Shown here in pieces: positions 23,097 to 36,637 of a DNA stretch of 64,000 nt. Each line of letters starts with the position of its first letter. The first letter of the stretch is position 1. The DNA is taken from NCBI GenBank assembly GCA_012295275.1, contig CM022672.1, forward strand, positions 23,994,001-24,058,000, written 5' to 3'. The position numbers and the translations under genes are program-made. The notes under the pieces are model-generated. The model searched no databases, was not told the origin of the DNA, and saw nothing but the letters and a program-made list of their open reading frames with translations. The stretch comes from Chrysomallon squamiferum. Taxonomy: Eukaryota; Animalia; Mollusca.

Positions 23097-26000
23097 ATGG
23101 CAGACAAAGCGTTTGCTAACGATGTCTTAAAAGCGCACAATAATTACAGAGCCCATCATAATGTAGCACCATTGTCACTAAGCCAGGAACTGTCAGCTCA
23201 GGCCCAGAAATGGGCACAGCAACTAGCTTCCACCAATATGTTCCAGCACAGCGATTCAACATTCAAGGGAAAACCTCTTGGCGAAAATGTAGCCATGAAA
23301 TGGTCGTCCAAACCCGAAGATTATAAAGGTGACATCCTCATTTATCTTCGTTACTGTTTTATGGACAGACGTACACACAAATAAATGGACTGACAAACAG
23401 ATCAGACAACAACACATTAATATATGTGTGTGTATGTATGTATGTGTTTACATAATTTATCAGTTAGTTTATGTATTTTCAGGACAGGAGGTTACAGACC
23501 AGTGGTATACAGAAGCGAGGATGTATCAATATGGCGCTGAACCAGAGTCATACGACTTCAGTGAGTTTGATTATCTTTCAGTATGTATGTATGTATGTAG
23601 GTGTGTCTGTGTATGTATGTATGCAGGTGTGTCTGTGTATGTATGTATAAATGTATAAATGTATGAATTTTATCAAATGTGCAGGTGTTTTATATCAGAT
23701 TTCGTAATTGAAGAGAAAAAGAAAAATCGTTAATTTGTTGTTTTTTTTATCTGATTTTAGATCATTTCACTCAGATTGTGTGGAAAAATACCAAAGAGTT
23801 GGGAGTTGGAAAATCACAGTCAAATGACGGGAAGACAATCGTAGTAGTCATGTATTTTCCAGCCGGCAACATGATGGGCGAATACACAAAGAACGTTTTA
23901 ATACCTAAAGACGGTGTCATCGTTACCAGGGAAAAAGCATCAGGTATATACAACATTCAATGTGACGTCTATTTCACATTTCACTATAAATAAAACAGTT
24001 CTCCATTTTAGTTTTCTTTTGCACACACTCGGTGAGTATATGTGTATTCGTATTCGTTTATACTTTTTTCCTTCGTTTATTATTATTATTGTTGTTCTTG
24101 TTGTTGTTGATGTTGTTATTTTTATTGTTATTATTATTATTATTATTGTTGTTGTTGTTGTTGTTATTAGTGTAGTACTAGCAGAAGCTATAGAAGTGGT
24201 TGCAGTAGATGTTTCACTTATATTTATATTAATAATATTATTAGTAGTAAGTACTAAATGATGATGTTGTAGAAGAAACTGTAGAAACAGCACCTGTATT
24301 AGTAATACTACAGGCTGAGGATCCTTTTTCCGAAATTACGAAATCCGATTTGTTTTTTTCCCTGCACTAGAAATAATAATATCTTGCAGTTTTCAGACAT
24401 TATTGCAAAACAATTATTCAAAATGTATTTTTAAAAATCCTGAACACTACCTGTATAAATGGAATTCATATTTAGAAGTAGATGGCACTGAAGTTGTCTA
24501 TGGGGAAACTAGGAAAGGTGGAAGATTTGAAAAATTCAGACCGGGTCCTGAAAAACTGTTTTCTGAAGATGCGACGTCGTCTTTGTTTGGGACCATGAAT
24601 GACAACTTTTTCGACAACGGTTCATCTCCGTCATTTGACAGCAGGAGAGTATTCCCTGGCGCAGAATCGAAAAACTACCGAACATATACGGTTGTCGAGG
24701 GAGTAGGACCCAACAAGGTAAGCAAGACCATCACCGAGGAAATAACCACAACACCAACTGGAAAGAGGATTGTGAAACAAACTGAGACAGTCAATCCGAT
24801 TGGCGGGTTTGCCTCTGGAAATTTCAGTGTGAGTTTATAATAAAAATAATAAAGACAAATATTAGTCAAAATGGGAATCTGGCAGAAAGTATGAAATTTA
24901 GTCCCTAAGAAATTTAAGTGAATCCAAATTTAAATGCAAGTACATGATACAGGCAATGCTTTTACTTTCAGCCAGATCCCTATAATTTGTTTATCACAGG
25001 CTTGGATATATTCCTGTCTCCTGATAGGTAAACATAAACGCGTATTAAGGTAGCCTATAGTGTAGCCAGGTATCATGGGGTTTACAGCAGGTTCAATGTT
25101 TCTTAAAATCATAGAAATATATGTTTTCTTTCACCATTTTATTACTCGAGCATAGATATGGAGTTTAAAAAGATATCGTTCATCCGTTTGTTTGTTTGTT
25201 TGTTTGTTTTGGGCGGTTTTTTAGAGGAAGGAGGATTGGTTTGCTTTTTTACCTTTCTCTGCTGATTTCACAAACGGAATAAAGATAAAATCATTTTTAT
25301 AACTCATTCTTTATTACTGATTATATTCATTGTGATGGAACTGGTTTCAGTACGACATTTTTTGTGTGTCTTCATATTTGAAGTTACAATATTTATTCTA
25401 AGTAACATGTTCTTTACTTTGCTCACAATTATATTTACGAACTCCAATAATATTCTCCAGAGAAATACTAGTGGTTTTAGGGAAAATACCTGCTGGAAGT
25501 TAGACCATAATACCAATAATCACGTCTGAGAATAAAGTGTAATTCACAAAAATCAGTTATATAATTATTTATCTGTTTAATCTTCATACAGTTCGAAAGA
25601 AAATTTAAATGTTGGAATAAAAATATATTGAATTCGTTTCTGAATTGAATGCATTATAGGAGAACAAGCTCCAGTTAGGTCTGATAAAAATATAAACACG
25701 TAATACCAGTACATTTTTCAGTCAGCATTTGCAGATGCAATACATTGATTCAAAGCGATCACGAGCATAATGAATTTAAATGAATCTTAGTTTCCCCACA
25801 CTCCATATATGCATAGGCATTATTGAACTAGTAGCATTGTCTTTATCGTTTGCTTCCATTTAAATCAGATCGAACATATCCTAAAACTATTTTATATCAA
25901 ATTTCATGCTTACTGTCACGTGTATATATTTGTTTACCTCTATTGTCGTAACAGTTTTCAGAAATAATTACTATCAGCTATGAATTCAAATAACATAAGC

Positions 26001-29000
26001 ATTATGATTATATAATCTTTTCTTTTATTTGTCACTTATTTGAGCTTTTTTTGTTTATCATTGCGAACATATTCTTATTATAATCTTTAAATCATACATA
26101 TGCTATTGTTATTTATAACAAAATCGTCTCGAATAAAAAGTATTGAAACTACTACTGTTACTACTAATCCCTTACTATTATTACTGTAACAATAATATTA
26201 TTATAATTAATGTGTGTGTTATAGTTACCATCATCATCAACCGCATCATGATCGTATTTATGCATTCCTATTATTTACAGAACAATTGCGGTGCTGTCGT
26301 TTCATCTCTAGCAGATTGTGCTGACACTCTATTACCACAGCCTTCAAAGGTATGCCGAGTACGATTTTGATTAAATAAAAATTGTGGATCTTAAAAATCA
26401 TGATTTTTGTCTACAGTAGAAAATATGTTATAACAAATATACGACATTATAAATAAATGATATGCATTACCATGATTGTTATACAGGAACAGAAAATGTA
26501 TAACTCATTTGAAGATTTATCTTTGCATAAAGAAAGCTACTGAAGTGGTTTAGGAAGATTATTTACATGCGAAATACAACGTTAACAATCTATTAGAAAA
26601 GTTTTCGTTAGTATTGATATTGTGATGTATATTTAAAAGTCAAAGAGGTATGAGGGAAAAAGAAAGCTCTTTCAAACGTCTTGTGTTCTCTTATCAGATC
26701 CCTTCAAAGAAGAACAAATCAAAAACACCTTTTATAGAAAGTGTTATAGACGCACACAATCGTCGCCGTGCAAAGCATGGAGTTCCTGACTTGATGTACA
26801 GTGAGGATCTCACGAAATATGCCCAAGAGTGGGCAGAGTTCTTGGCAGTGAGAGACGTGTTAGACCACAGTCCTTGTGTCCTACATGGACATCGTTTAGG
26901 AGAGAGCATTGCCTGTAAATGGGGCGCACTGAGATCAGACTTTTCAGGTAATGTTCAATATGATAATAATACATTTTACAGTACGGTCATTGTCTTTAGC
27001 AATCACAGAATATAAACAACATGCTACATTTCATTCTGTATTCAACGGTATTGTTCGGACAATATGTTATATGTAGGTCAGAATTTTGACAATATATTTA
27101 ATTCTGGGTATGTGACAGAAGTTTTCTCACAATATATTTAACTCTGTATTCATGACGGTCGCGTTCTGACAGTGTATTTAATTTTATGTTTATGATATTA
27201 GTGATCTGACAGTATAACGATGGTAGTCCTCTGACAGTATTTAATTTACGTATGTGATGGTAGTCTTCTGACAGCATTTAATTTATGTATATGATGGTAG
27301 TCTTCTGACAGTATTTAATTTATGTATATGATGGTAGTCTTCTGACGGTATTTAATTTATGTATGTGATGGTAGTCTTCTGACAGTATTTAATTTATGTA
27401 TATGATGGTAGTCTTCTGACAGTATTTTATTTATGTATATGATGGTAGTCTTCTGACAGTATTTAATTTATGTATGTGATGGTAGTCTTCTGACGGTATT
27501 TTATTTATGTATATGATGGTAGTCTTCTGACAGTATTTTATTTATGTATATGATGGTAGTCTTCTGACAGTATTTAATTTATGTATGTGATGGTAGTCTT
27601 CTGACGGTATTTTATTTATGTATATTATGGTAGTATTCTGATATTTTTTAATTTATGTATGTGATGGTAGTCTTCTGACTGTATTTAATTTATGTAGGTG
27701 ATGGTAGTCTTCTGATATTATTTAATTTAATTTATGTATGTGATGGTAGTCTTCTGACTGTATTTAATTTATGTACGTGATGGTAGTCTTCTGACTGTAT
27801 TTAATTTATGTATGTGATGGTAGTCTTCTGACTGTATTTAATTTATGTAGGTGATGGTAGTCTTCTGACTGTATTTAATTTATGTATGTTATGGTAGTCT
27901 TCTGACAGTATTTAATTTACGTATGTGATGGTAGTCTTCTAACTGTATTTAATTTATGTATGTGATGGTAGTCTTCTGACTGTATTTAATTTATGTAGGT
28001 GATGGTAGTCTTCTGACTGTATTTAATTTATGTAGGTGATGGTAGTCTTCTGACTGTATTTAATTTATGTATGTGAAGGTCGTCTTCTGACTGTATTTAA
28101 TTTATGTATGTGATGGTAGTCTTCTGACTGTATTTAATTTATGTACGTGATGGTAGTCTTCTGACTATTTAATTTATGTATGTGATGGTAGTCGTCTGAT
28201 AGTATTTAATTTATGTATGTGATGGTAGTCGTCTGATAGTGTTTAATTTATGTATGTGATGGTTGTCTTCTGATGGTATTTTATTTATGTATGTGATGGT
28301 AGTCTTCTAACAGCACATTTAATTATGTGTTTACGATGGTAATGTTGCGATAGTAAATTATATATATATATGAAAATAGCCTTCTGGCTTATTTTAATTA
28401 TATGTATGTGATGATCGCATTTTGACAGTATATTTAATCAAATGTATATGCTGGGTGCTGGCATTTTCATATTATATATAAATCTGTTTATACAAGGACA
28501 ATGTTCTAGCAATATATATAATTAAGATTATATAGCGATTGTGTTCTGATAATATATTACATATCGAATATGTTGTCTTGTAGGCGATGAACTTGCTGAT
28601 CAGTGGTATAGTGAAAAATCGGGATATGATTTCGAATCAAACAATCCAGTACCTGGCTGTGGTAAGTAAAGTACATTGAAATACGTTTCCGTGGTAAAAT
28701 CTATCACATTCCTGTAAATGACAAATGAATGGTTGGTTTATCATAAGAATGGTATATGCTTGCCCATCTTTTGGGGGCATATATAAAACATTTCTTTTTC
28801 CCAGTCGAAAGTAGTAGCTACTGCAGGCATTATAAAAATGGGTTGAGTTCGTCTTTAAATAAACCACTTCTATCTTTTTAGAATGTATTATTAAGAATTG
28901 TAATATTTCTGTCATTAAATTGGAAAATATTAACCATTTAGTAGTTAAAAGCTTAGATAATTACTGTGATCACCGTAACCTAACATTCCAGTTACACTCA

Positions 29001-29874
29001 TAAGACTAAGCGGCACAATTCTCAAAAGATTTCGTGAAAAGTATTTGGGATTTATATCCCTTGGTATAATCAAAGTTTTTCTTTTATTTTTATTTTTATT
29101 TATTGTCTGTTTGCTTGTTTTCGTTCGTTTATTTGTAATATTGCCTTACGTGCGGTATAGTCATTACGCATATAATATGTGAAGAAAAGTTTTACATATA
29201 CTGCAGTTTAAATCAAACTTTCACTATAAATAATCCGAAAAAAAGAAGAATAAAAAGTCATTTTATCTCTCATATGCGGATTATTGCTCATATTCTTCTT
29301 GCTCATTGGATACATTTTCATTATCTGTGTTTTTCAGTGTTTAAATTCTGAGTGATAAATACGGAATATTCTAATTCATTTGTCGATATTCTGGTAATCT
29401 TACAGTTCAGATCTACTTGTTAGAACAAGTTTTGTTTAAATCAGGAGGCTGTTTTCTCAGTATTTAAAAGCTCATATCAAACATTTTGTTTTTCCTTCTC
29501 GATCGATAGGTAGAATTTAAGAGCTTCCGAATATTCAGAGCAAATGAAATTTATTCCTTAATTTTAACCACTGGAGCTTTTCTATCTTTAATTTTAATTC
29601 TACGCCATTTTTTTTCATCTTCTTTAATTTCTCTTTACATTTCCGTTCTGGTTTTACATTTCTTATATTTATATTTCAGTGGCAATTCTTCATTCTGATT
29701 GCGTTGTAAAGATTGTTAGATTCATTTATTTATTTTAGCAGAGCTTTATATTTTTTTAAAGTCTGAATTTTAATGAATTTAGGTGATACTTTATATATTT
29801 TCTTCACATAATAATAATAATAATAACAACAACAACAGAAACTTTATTATGTTTTTGTTTTTAATATTGTTGCT

Positions 29875-29905
<31 letters not shown>

Positions 29906-30176
29906 CTGCTGCTGTTGTAAAGAAAAGCAGTATTTTACAGGTCACTTCACACAAATGGTTTGGAGCAGTTCTAGATATATTGGTATAGGAAAGGCGAAGT
30001 CACGAGACGGAAAAGTCATAGTTGTGGCGAGCTATCGGCCGCCTGGGAACGTCGTTGGACACTACAAAGAGAATGTGTTCCCACCAGTCGAGGAAGAAAA
30101 ACCAGAGAAATATAAGAGATGTGACGCAGCGAAAACGGCCATTTCTAAACTGACAAACCGTATAACAAACACATAA
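23097..30176 (+). CDS. GLIPR2: GAPR-1/GLIPR2-like double-CAP protein, copy B (tandem duplicate), ~492 aa if the new acceptor at 24475 is used, otherwise a pseudogene
   Basis: Exons 23097-23328, 23483-23560, 23761-23943, 24476(or 24479/24482)-24828, 26281-26349, 26698-26947, 28584-28661, 29941-30176 (TAA). About 98% identical to copy A over shared coding sequence by eye; no internal stop or frameshift. The linker exon is 5'-truncated by a 523-bp deletion. Confidence 0.8.
27218..28340 (+). repeat. 37-bp minisatellite, ~30 copies (homologous intron of copy B)
   Basis: Unit GATGGTAGTCTTCTGAC(A/T)GTATTTAATTTATGTATGT repeated head-to-tail with no unique spacers. Confidence 0.95.
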
Positions 30177-30836
30177 ACATTTGTGATGATTCTAGATCAA
30201 GATCTAGATTACCATTTCTTCTAATGATAACATTTAGTTCGATTTGTTTGTATGTTATTAAAAAAATGTTTATTTTGAAATAGCACAAAAGTGATTTCTG
30301 CTGTGTATAATTCTCTTAACATTACTGTTTTTATTTCATTTTTTTTGCAATAAGCCTTGAATCAATTTAATCTTTTTATTATTATTATTATTATTTGTAT
30401 TTTTATAGATCTAAGAAGGCTAGCACTTTGTAATTCTATGGGTTTATTATGGCATAAACACGACTGACATTATTTGTAATGTTACTTGTTACATATATTA
30501 AATAACCTATAAGATTCAGTTTTACTACCTCAGACATTACATTCCGTTTCATAAGTAATGCTCTAAATGGACATTCAGTAGCATTTAGCAATTTAATGTA
30601 TATTTTTATATCGTTATTTTATCTGAGTACTCAGTGTGGAACGATTTTTAAAAATTATTATCGCTATCAGTTTATGTACTGGGCTTACCTTATAAATTCG
30701 ATTTATTATTTGTAACAGACAATATGCTTGTATTTTCACTTGATTTATCTGTGATTATTAGTAACCCTTGTTTAATGAATACCTTATAGTCATTAGTAAT
30801 CGATGATTTAATTGTCTGTGTAATATATTAAAATTG

Positions 30837-30905
<69 letters not shown>

Positions 30906-32159
30906 TATAATCATCAGAATCTATGAATGTATTGGGCAGTCTACACTGCATTGAATTATTCATTGTTACAAAGTGTTTAGATTCAGTAACTTTAATAGAA
31001 TTCCAAATTAGTATTGGAACTCGACATTATAATTTTATTTAGACTGAAAAGATGTGTTTGAGAAGGGATTATTATATATACTTTTAACATTGATTTTTTC
31101 CATTTATTTCGTTCATATTCTGTATATACATTATTATTATGGTTATTTTTCTTATCATCATCATCATTATTATTATTAACAGTTATGATCTGTTTTAGTT
31201 TCTTATAGTTTTAATTATTACTGAATTCTTTTTCATTCAAATATTTTATTTGACTGAATTTCTTTTCAATTTACATTGTTTAAAGTTCATCAGTTTGTAT
31301 ATGTTTTGCTTGATTAGATTTTATTAAATATGTTATAATTATAATGGTGCTTTCTAAAAAATTATGCACAGGGGTTTATAATATTCGAACAAAAAATATG
31401 TTTTGTTGTTTTGTTGTTTGTTTTGATTGTTTTTTCCTCTTTTTTTCTTTATTTATTTATACTAATTTTGTTGTTGTTTTTTAACAATATTATTTTTAAA
31501 TCATATCTATTTATGCTTAATAATGTACTTGCTAAACATGATATATCCAGCAATAAAATATGTTTACGTTTTTTCTTATGTTATTTTTGTTGCAAGCCTA
31601 ATTAATTAGGTAGACTGCAAAACTGTGTCAATGGTCTGTATTATATGGCTCTTAGCCCCATAAATCAGCGTGAAATATAATATGAACTCAGTACTGTGAT
31701 CGATCAGACAAAAACAGGAAAGGAGATTCTAGCTGTATTATTTGAATCTGAGGATAATCTAGAAACTACGCTCATTCTAATCTGTCTGACTTTTACTTAA
31801 ACCTCTGCAGCCTCATTACATTTGATCTTCTTGCCGTATATATAAGATATATATAAGCAATTTTAGAGAGGGTGTGCTCAAATCGGAAGCATCCCAAGAT
31901 TGGCTTAAAGTTCTAAATTAACACTGAAATGGATATGTACTTAATTGTAATATGCCCTCTGTAATTTATTATCTCGCAACAGACTTCATATGTGCGAAAA
32001 TATTAATAAATTTTGATAGTTTGTCAGGCTTTATTATTGAACTTTCTGTAACATATTCTAATAGTCATACATACAAATTTATTAATTATGTCACTATGAA
32101 TTGGTTTAAAGCTATATAATATGCATGCGTATGCATCAGAACAGATACATGTACAGACT

Positions 32160-32195
<36 letters not shown>

Positions 32196-32964
32196 ATAAA
32201 AATATAAAAAAAAAATATTTTCGTTTCTATTACACGCTTTCCGGATGTGGCTATATACGTATATTATTTATTTGGCAAATGAAAAACATCAGTGTGCGAT
32301 ATTAATTGAAGCCGCTGCCTGCTGTTCTGAAATCTGTGTGACAGGCAGGTTCATCATTTCAATTCTGAAATAAAATTGAAAAGATAACTCCATCAGGAGA
32401 GTTCACCACATCACTCCTGTGATTTTATACTATAATCATACATTAAACATTAATATATATATATATTATAGTGGAGGCTTTTTATATTTATCTGCGTGTG
32501 ATAAATATAAATAGTCTCCACTATTCTTTAGTGAAATTGTTTATCAGTACATCTTTTCCTCTTGGGTGTTAACTGCCTTCATAATCATGTGATATTGTTT
32601 TACAGCAATGGCATGGACTTTATATTATTTTTAGCTGAGACATCAATATTATTATGGTTCAGCACATATGAAACGTTACCTCATAAAACTTCATATTTTA
32701 AGACAACGATGTTCGAAATGCTCATCTTAATGAAAATTAGTATTTAGGTTCAGTATTTTGTCTGTGGTTTCAGCGACAACAGTCTCATTACAAAAGACTG
32801 CAGTACAAGGATACTGTTATGGTGTCTGCCTGCATAGAACGTTATTAGGGTTCTAAATAATCTTCTGATAGACCAAGTTAAAATGGTGATATAGTATTTG
32901 TTAATAATAATTATATAAAATAATAATTTTCTGAGACTGATAGCTTTTTAAAACTTTTATTTTG

Positions 32965-33005
<41 letters not shown>

Positions 33006-33160
33006 TATATTTATATAAATTTTTATATAAATATATATATTAATATTGTAATTTTTAATTTTTATTTCCATTTTATATATAGTAGTTAAAATTTTTATTT
33101 TATTTCCAATATATATATATACAGAAAAAAGGTATATACAAAAATTCAGTACAGACTGAG

Positions 33161-33215
<55 letters not shown>

Positions 33216-34007
33216 TTTAATGATCTGTTTTCTACTCTGTCATTTAAATTCATCATACATTTTTGAACTACTCTAAAGTTTCCCACTGAACAAATTTGCT
33301 GACGCTGTTTTTCACTGTAATTGAATGAATACATTTTTTTATACCAATAATCGTATCTGACACCTGATACGCATTAACAGAAAATTATCTGGAGGTATTT
33401 TTAAATATTCGTTTATTCATTCATTTACTCCAAGGTATGAAATTCTATTCGCTAAACTGTCAGTATAAACCCGACACGACATTCTGATGTCACTTCAGTT
33501 TCTTGATTTAGTGGTGGGCGTATTTTACAGACAGGAATAAAGAGATTAATCTATTTTTTCCTACGTAAAATTTTGTTTTATTCATCCGTTGAATAATGAT
33601 GTCGTATTTAATGGTTAAAGGATATATTACTGACTAAATATAATAAAAGCTAGAAAAGAAAAAGCTGAATTGAAATACAACAGAACCATTCAAGACTATT
33701 TTCAGGAATATTTCCTATTCACAACCATTACAGAAATTCAAAAAATAATAATTGGACTTTCTAATAATGATATAAAAAGTAATAAATAATTAAATAAATA
33801 AATAAATATATTATTAAAAGTTATTATTCAAAATATCAAAATAACAGCTTTGTGACATCTAAAGTCTTATTATACCTTCTAATTATCATAATATTTCCTT
33901 AGTCATCAGATTAATCATATCTATATTTGTGTCAGCTTAATAAAATAAAAAGATTTCGTGGTGCATTCGATCGGAATATATATAATATTTATGTACATAT
34001 ATGTATG

Positions 34008-34049
<42 letters not shown>

Positions 34050-34081
34050 TACATATATACACACATGCATGCATTCATATA

Positions 34082-34123
<42 letters not shown>

Positions 34124-34190
34124 TATAAACATACATAGCATACATATATATTGTTTCATGGAACGTCATAATTCAGAACTGTAAGAAAGC

Positions 34191-34243
<53 letters not shown>

Positions 34244-35110
34244 GCTGGATCTGTTCCACAGAACTAAAATGACATTAATTTCTTTGAACGTTCAAACTGA
34301 CAAATCTTCAACCTTTGAACACTGAATAAGATCTTCCAATGAAGTGATACAATATCCTATTTAAGTCACTAAAGAAATTATTGAGTCTATGAGACAACAT
34401 TGTATTGATGCCCCCGGTGTCCATTGATCCAACTGACCTGTAGACACATTAATTTAATTGTTTTGTGAAATCTTGCAAGCTGCAACTAAGGATTGTTATT
34501 CTAATTTTGTTCGGGAATGATTCAGTGAGACAGTCATAAACTTGTAGTGACAGATTTTATTTCACAAGCTGGAGAATTAACTACTGTATTCCTAAAATTA
34601 AATCCATTTAGCCTTGAAAAGTACACACATTCGTCATTATTATCATCATCATCATTGTTATTGTTGTTGTTGTCATCGTAGTTGTTGTTGTTGTTGTTGT
34701 TGTTACTATTATTATTATTCAGTGATTTATTAGTTAAATAGTGTGTTTTTCTTGATTTTATTTTCTCATAATAATTATCAACAAATAATTGTGCACAAAA
34801 TGATTATCACTGACTGTCATTAAATAATTGTGTCATTGCTTTCTTCAGTTCAGACCAAGAAATCGTGGGAAGGGCTTCGAAATTAAGTTTTCATAATAAA
34901 TTTGTTTAGAACTCGAGGGATGTTGTCCCATGATTAATAACGGTGGTCAAACTCAAAGAAGATGAATGATTTAATAAAAAATTAATATTACGTATCACCT
35001 TGATCAAATTATATTTGTACAGAAAAGATTAATTATATGCTTCGACATGTAATAATAATAATAATAGTAGTAGTAGTAGTAGTATAGTAGTAGTAGTAGT
35101 AGTAGTAGTA

Positions 35111-35164
<54 letters not shown>

Positions 35165-36637
35165 TGGTAGTAATAATAATAATAATAATAAAGATGATGA
35201 TGATCTATAGTACACAAGTAACAGTGGTGTTTATACTATTAGTAGTAACTGTAGCAACAGTAGGAGCAGTAGTGCTAATGGTAATAGGAATTAATTTGTT
35301 TCAAGTATTTAAATTAAATTTCAAACACAATCTGACAGAATATTTATTTATTTAGCGGATTCTCTTTCTTCTTTTTTTTAATTTTGTCTTTCTTTCTCAG
35401 AGATAATGCTTTTGTGAAATGCAAGGAACACAAATAACTACCAAGCTGTTTACGTAGTCCTCCTCCACAGTGGATTGCAGGGTCCCAAGAGAACGGTGAC
35501 TTATTATTAATAGACCATCTCATTAAAAATGCATCTGAACTGCCCGTTCACGATTCGTCACGTATGCAGCGCTGGTGCTAACCATTTCAGAAGAGAAAGG
35601 AAAAGAACAGCAAAGTGTCAGGGGCTTTAAATAACATTATTGATATAGGACCTGTAAAGGATCACATTCAGGAATATTTTTCAGAATAGCTGATATTATT
35701 AACACTTCATAATTTTCTTTTGATTGCTTTGCCGATTTTTCGTTAAAAATTAACAGTAGACATTCTTATCTTAATATATTATTAATATATGGTTGTATTT
35801 AATAACTATACTGTACACCTCAGCAACTTTAATGTTTAAAGCGATGTGTGTTATTTAACATTATTAGTTTTTGCAGTGCTTGTGTATGAATTTGTATGTG
35901 TGTGTTGTGTGAATGTCTATGTATTACGTATAACAATGACATGTATTACTGGTAAAATACCAAACACATAACACAAAATTATCACATCTGATTCGACATC
36001 TTATTACCTTAAATTAATTAACACTGCCAAATAACCCTTGAGCGGAGATTGCAGTAGATTGTTCCTTCTTTAAATTTATTTATTTTAATTATCTCCAGAT
36101 GGACAGAAATCATGTAACAATACTTCACCTATTTACACAGGGTTAGATTTTGCGTTTGTCAGTATGCATTTAACTCTTTCATGTTGCAGTTATTGGAAAG
36201 TTCAACACTAGTTTATTTTGGTCAATCAAAGGATAGTTTGATCGAGTATATCCTAAGGAAAAAATAACACAAAAAATGAATAGTGATTTGATGACATCAA
36301 ACACAAATTGGTGTTGAATTTATAAACTCAGAATGTCATTACAGGTTGCCAAAGTCAGAGAAAATCATTAAAAGTCAAAGGATGTGCCTCAAGATGTTTA
36401 ACTGTTAACATTTGTTATAGTCCAGGCAAAATAATATTAGTCAGTTGTGAATGACGAAGGGCAGAAAAGAATATGTTAACTTTTTAAATATTGCATTCTG
36501 TTAATTTGCTCGATTTTATTGATACTGATTTAGTTTTCCTTTGTTACTCTAGGTAGCTGTTCTGGATTTTTTTTATATTTGTGTTATATATATATATATA
36601 TATATATATTTAGGTAGTCAGTCGGTTTCAAAACATT

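Larger units (their letters stand above)
10678..33340 (+). repeat. Direct tandem segmental duplication: unit A ~10678-20805, unit B ~20908-33340
   Basis: Colinear high identity across exons, introns, 3' flank and microsatellite positions. First shared block ATCACTGGAC.TTGGTAATGT (10678/20908); last shared block TTGAATGAATACATTTTT (~20805/~33338). Confidence 0.95.

Noticed and set aside
27218-28340. 37-bp repeat array resembling a CRISPR array in unit length
   Set aside because: Units are contiguous with no unique spacers, there are no cas genes, and it lies in a spliceosomal intron; it is a minisatellite.
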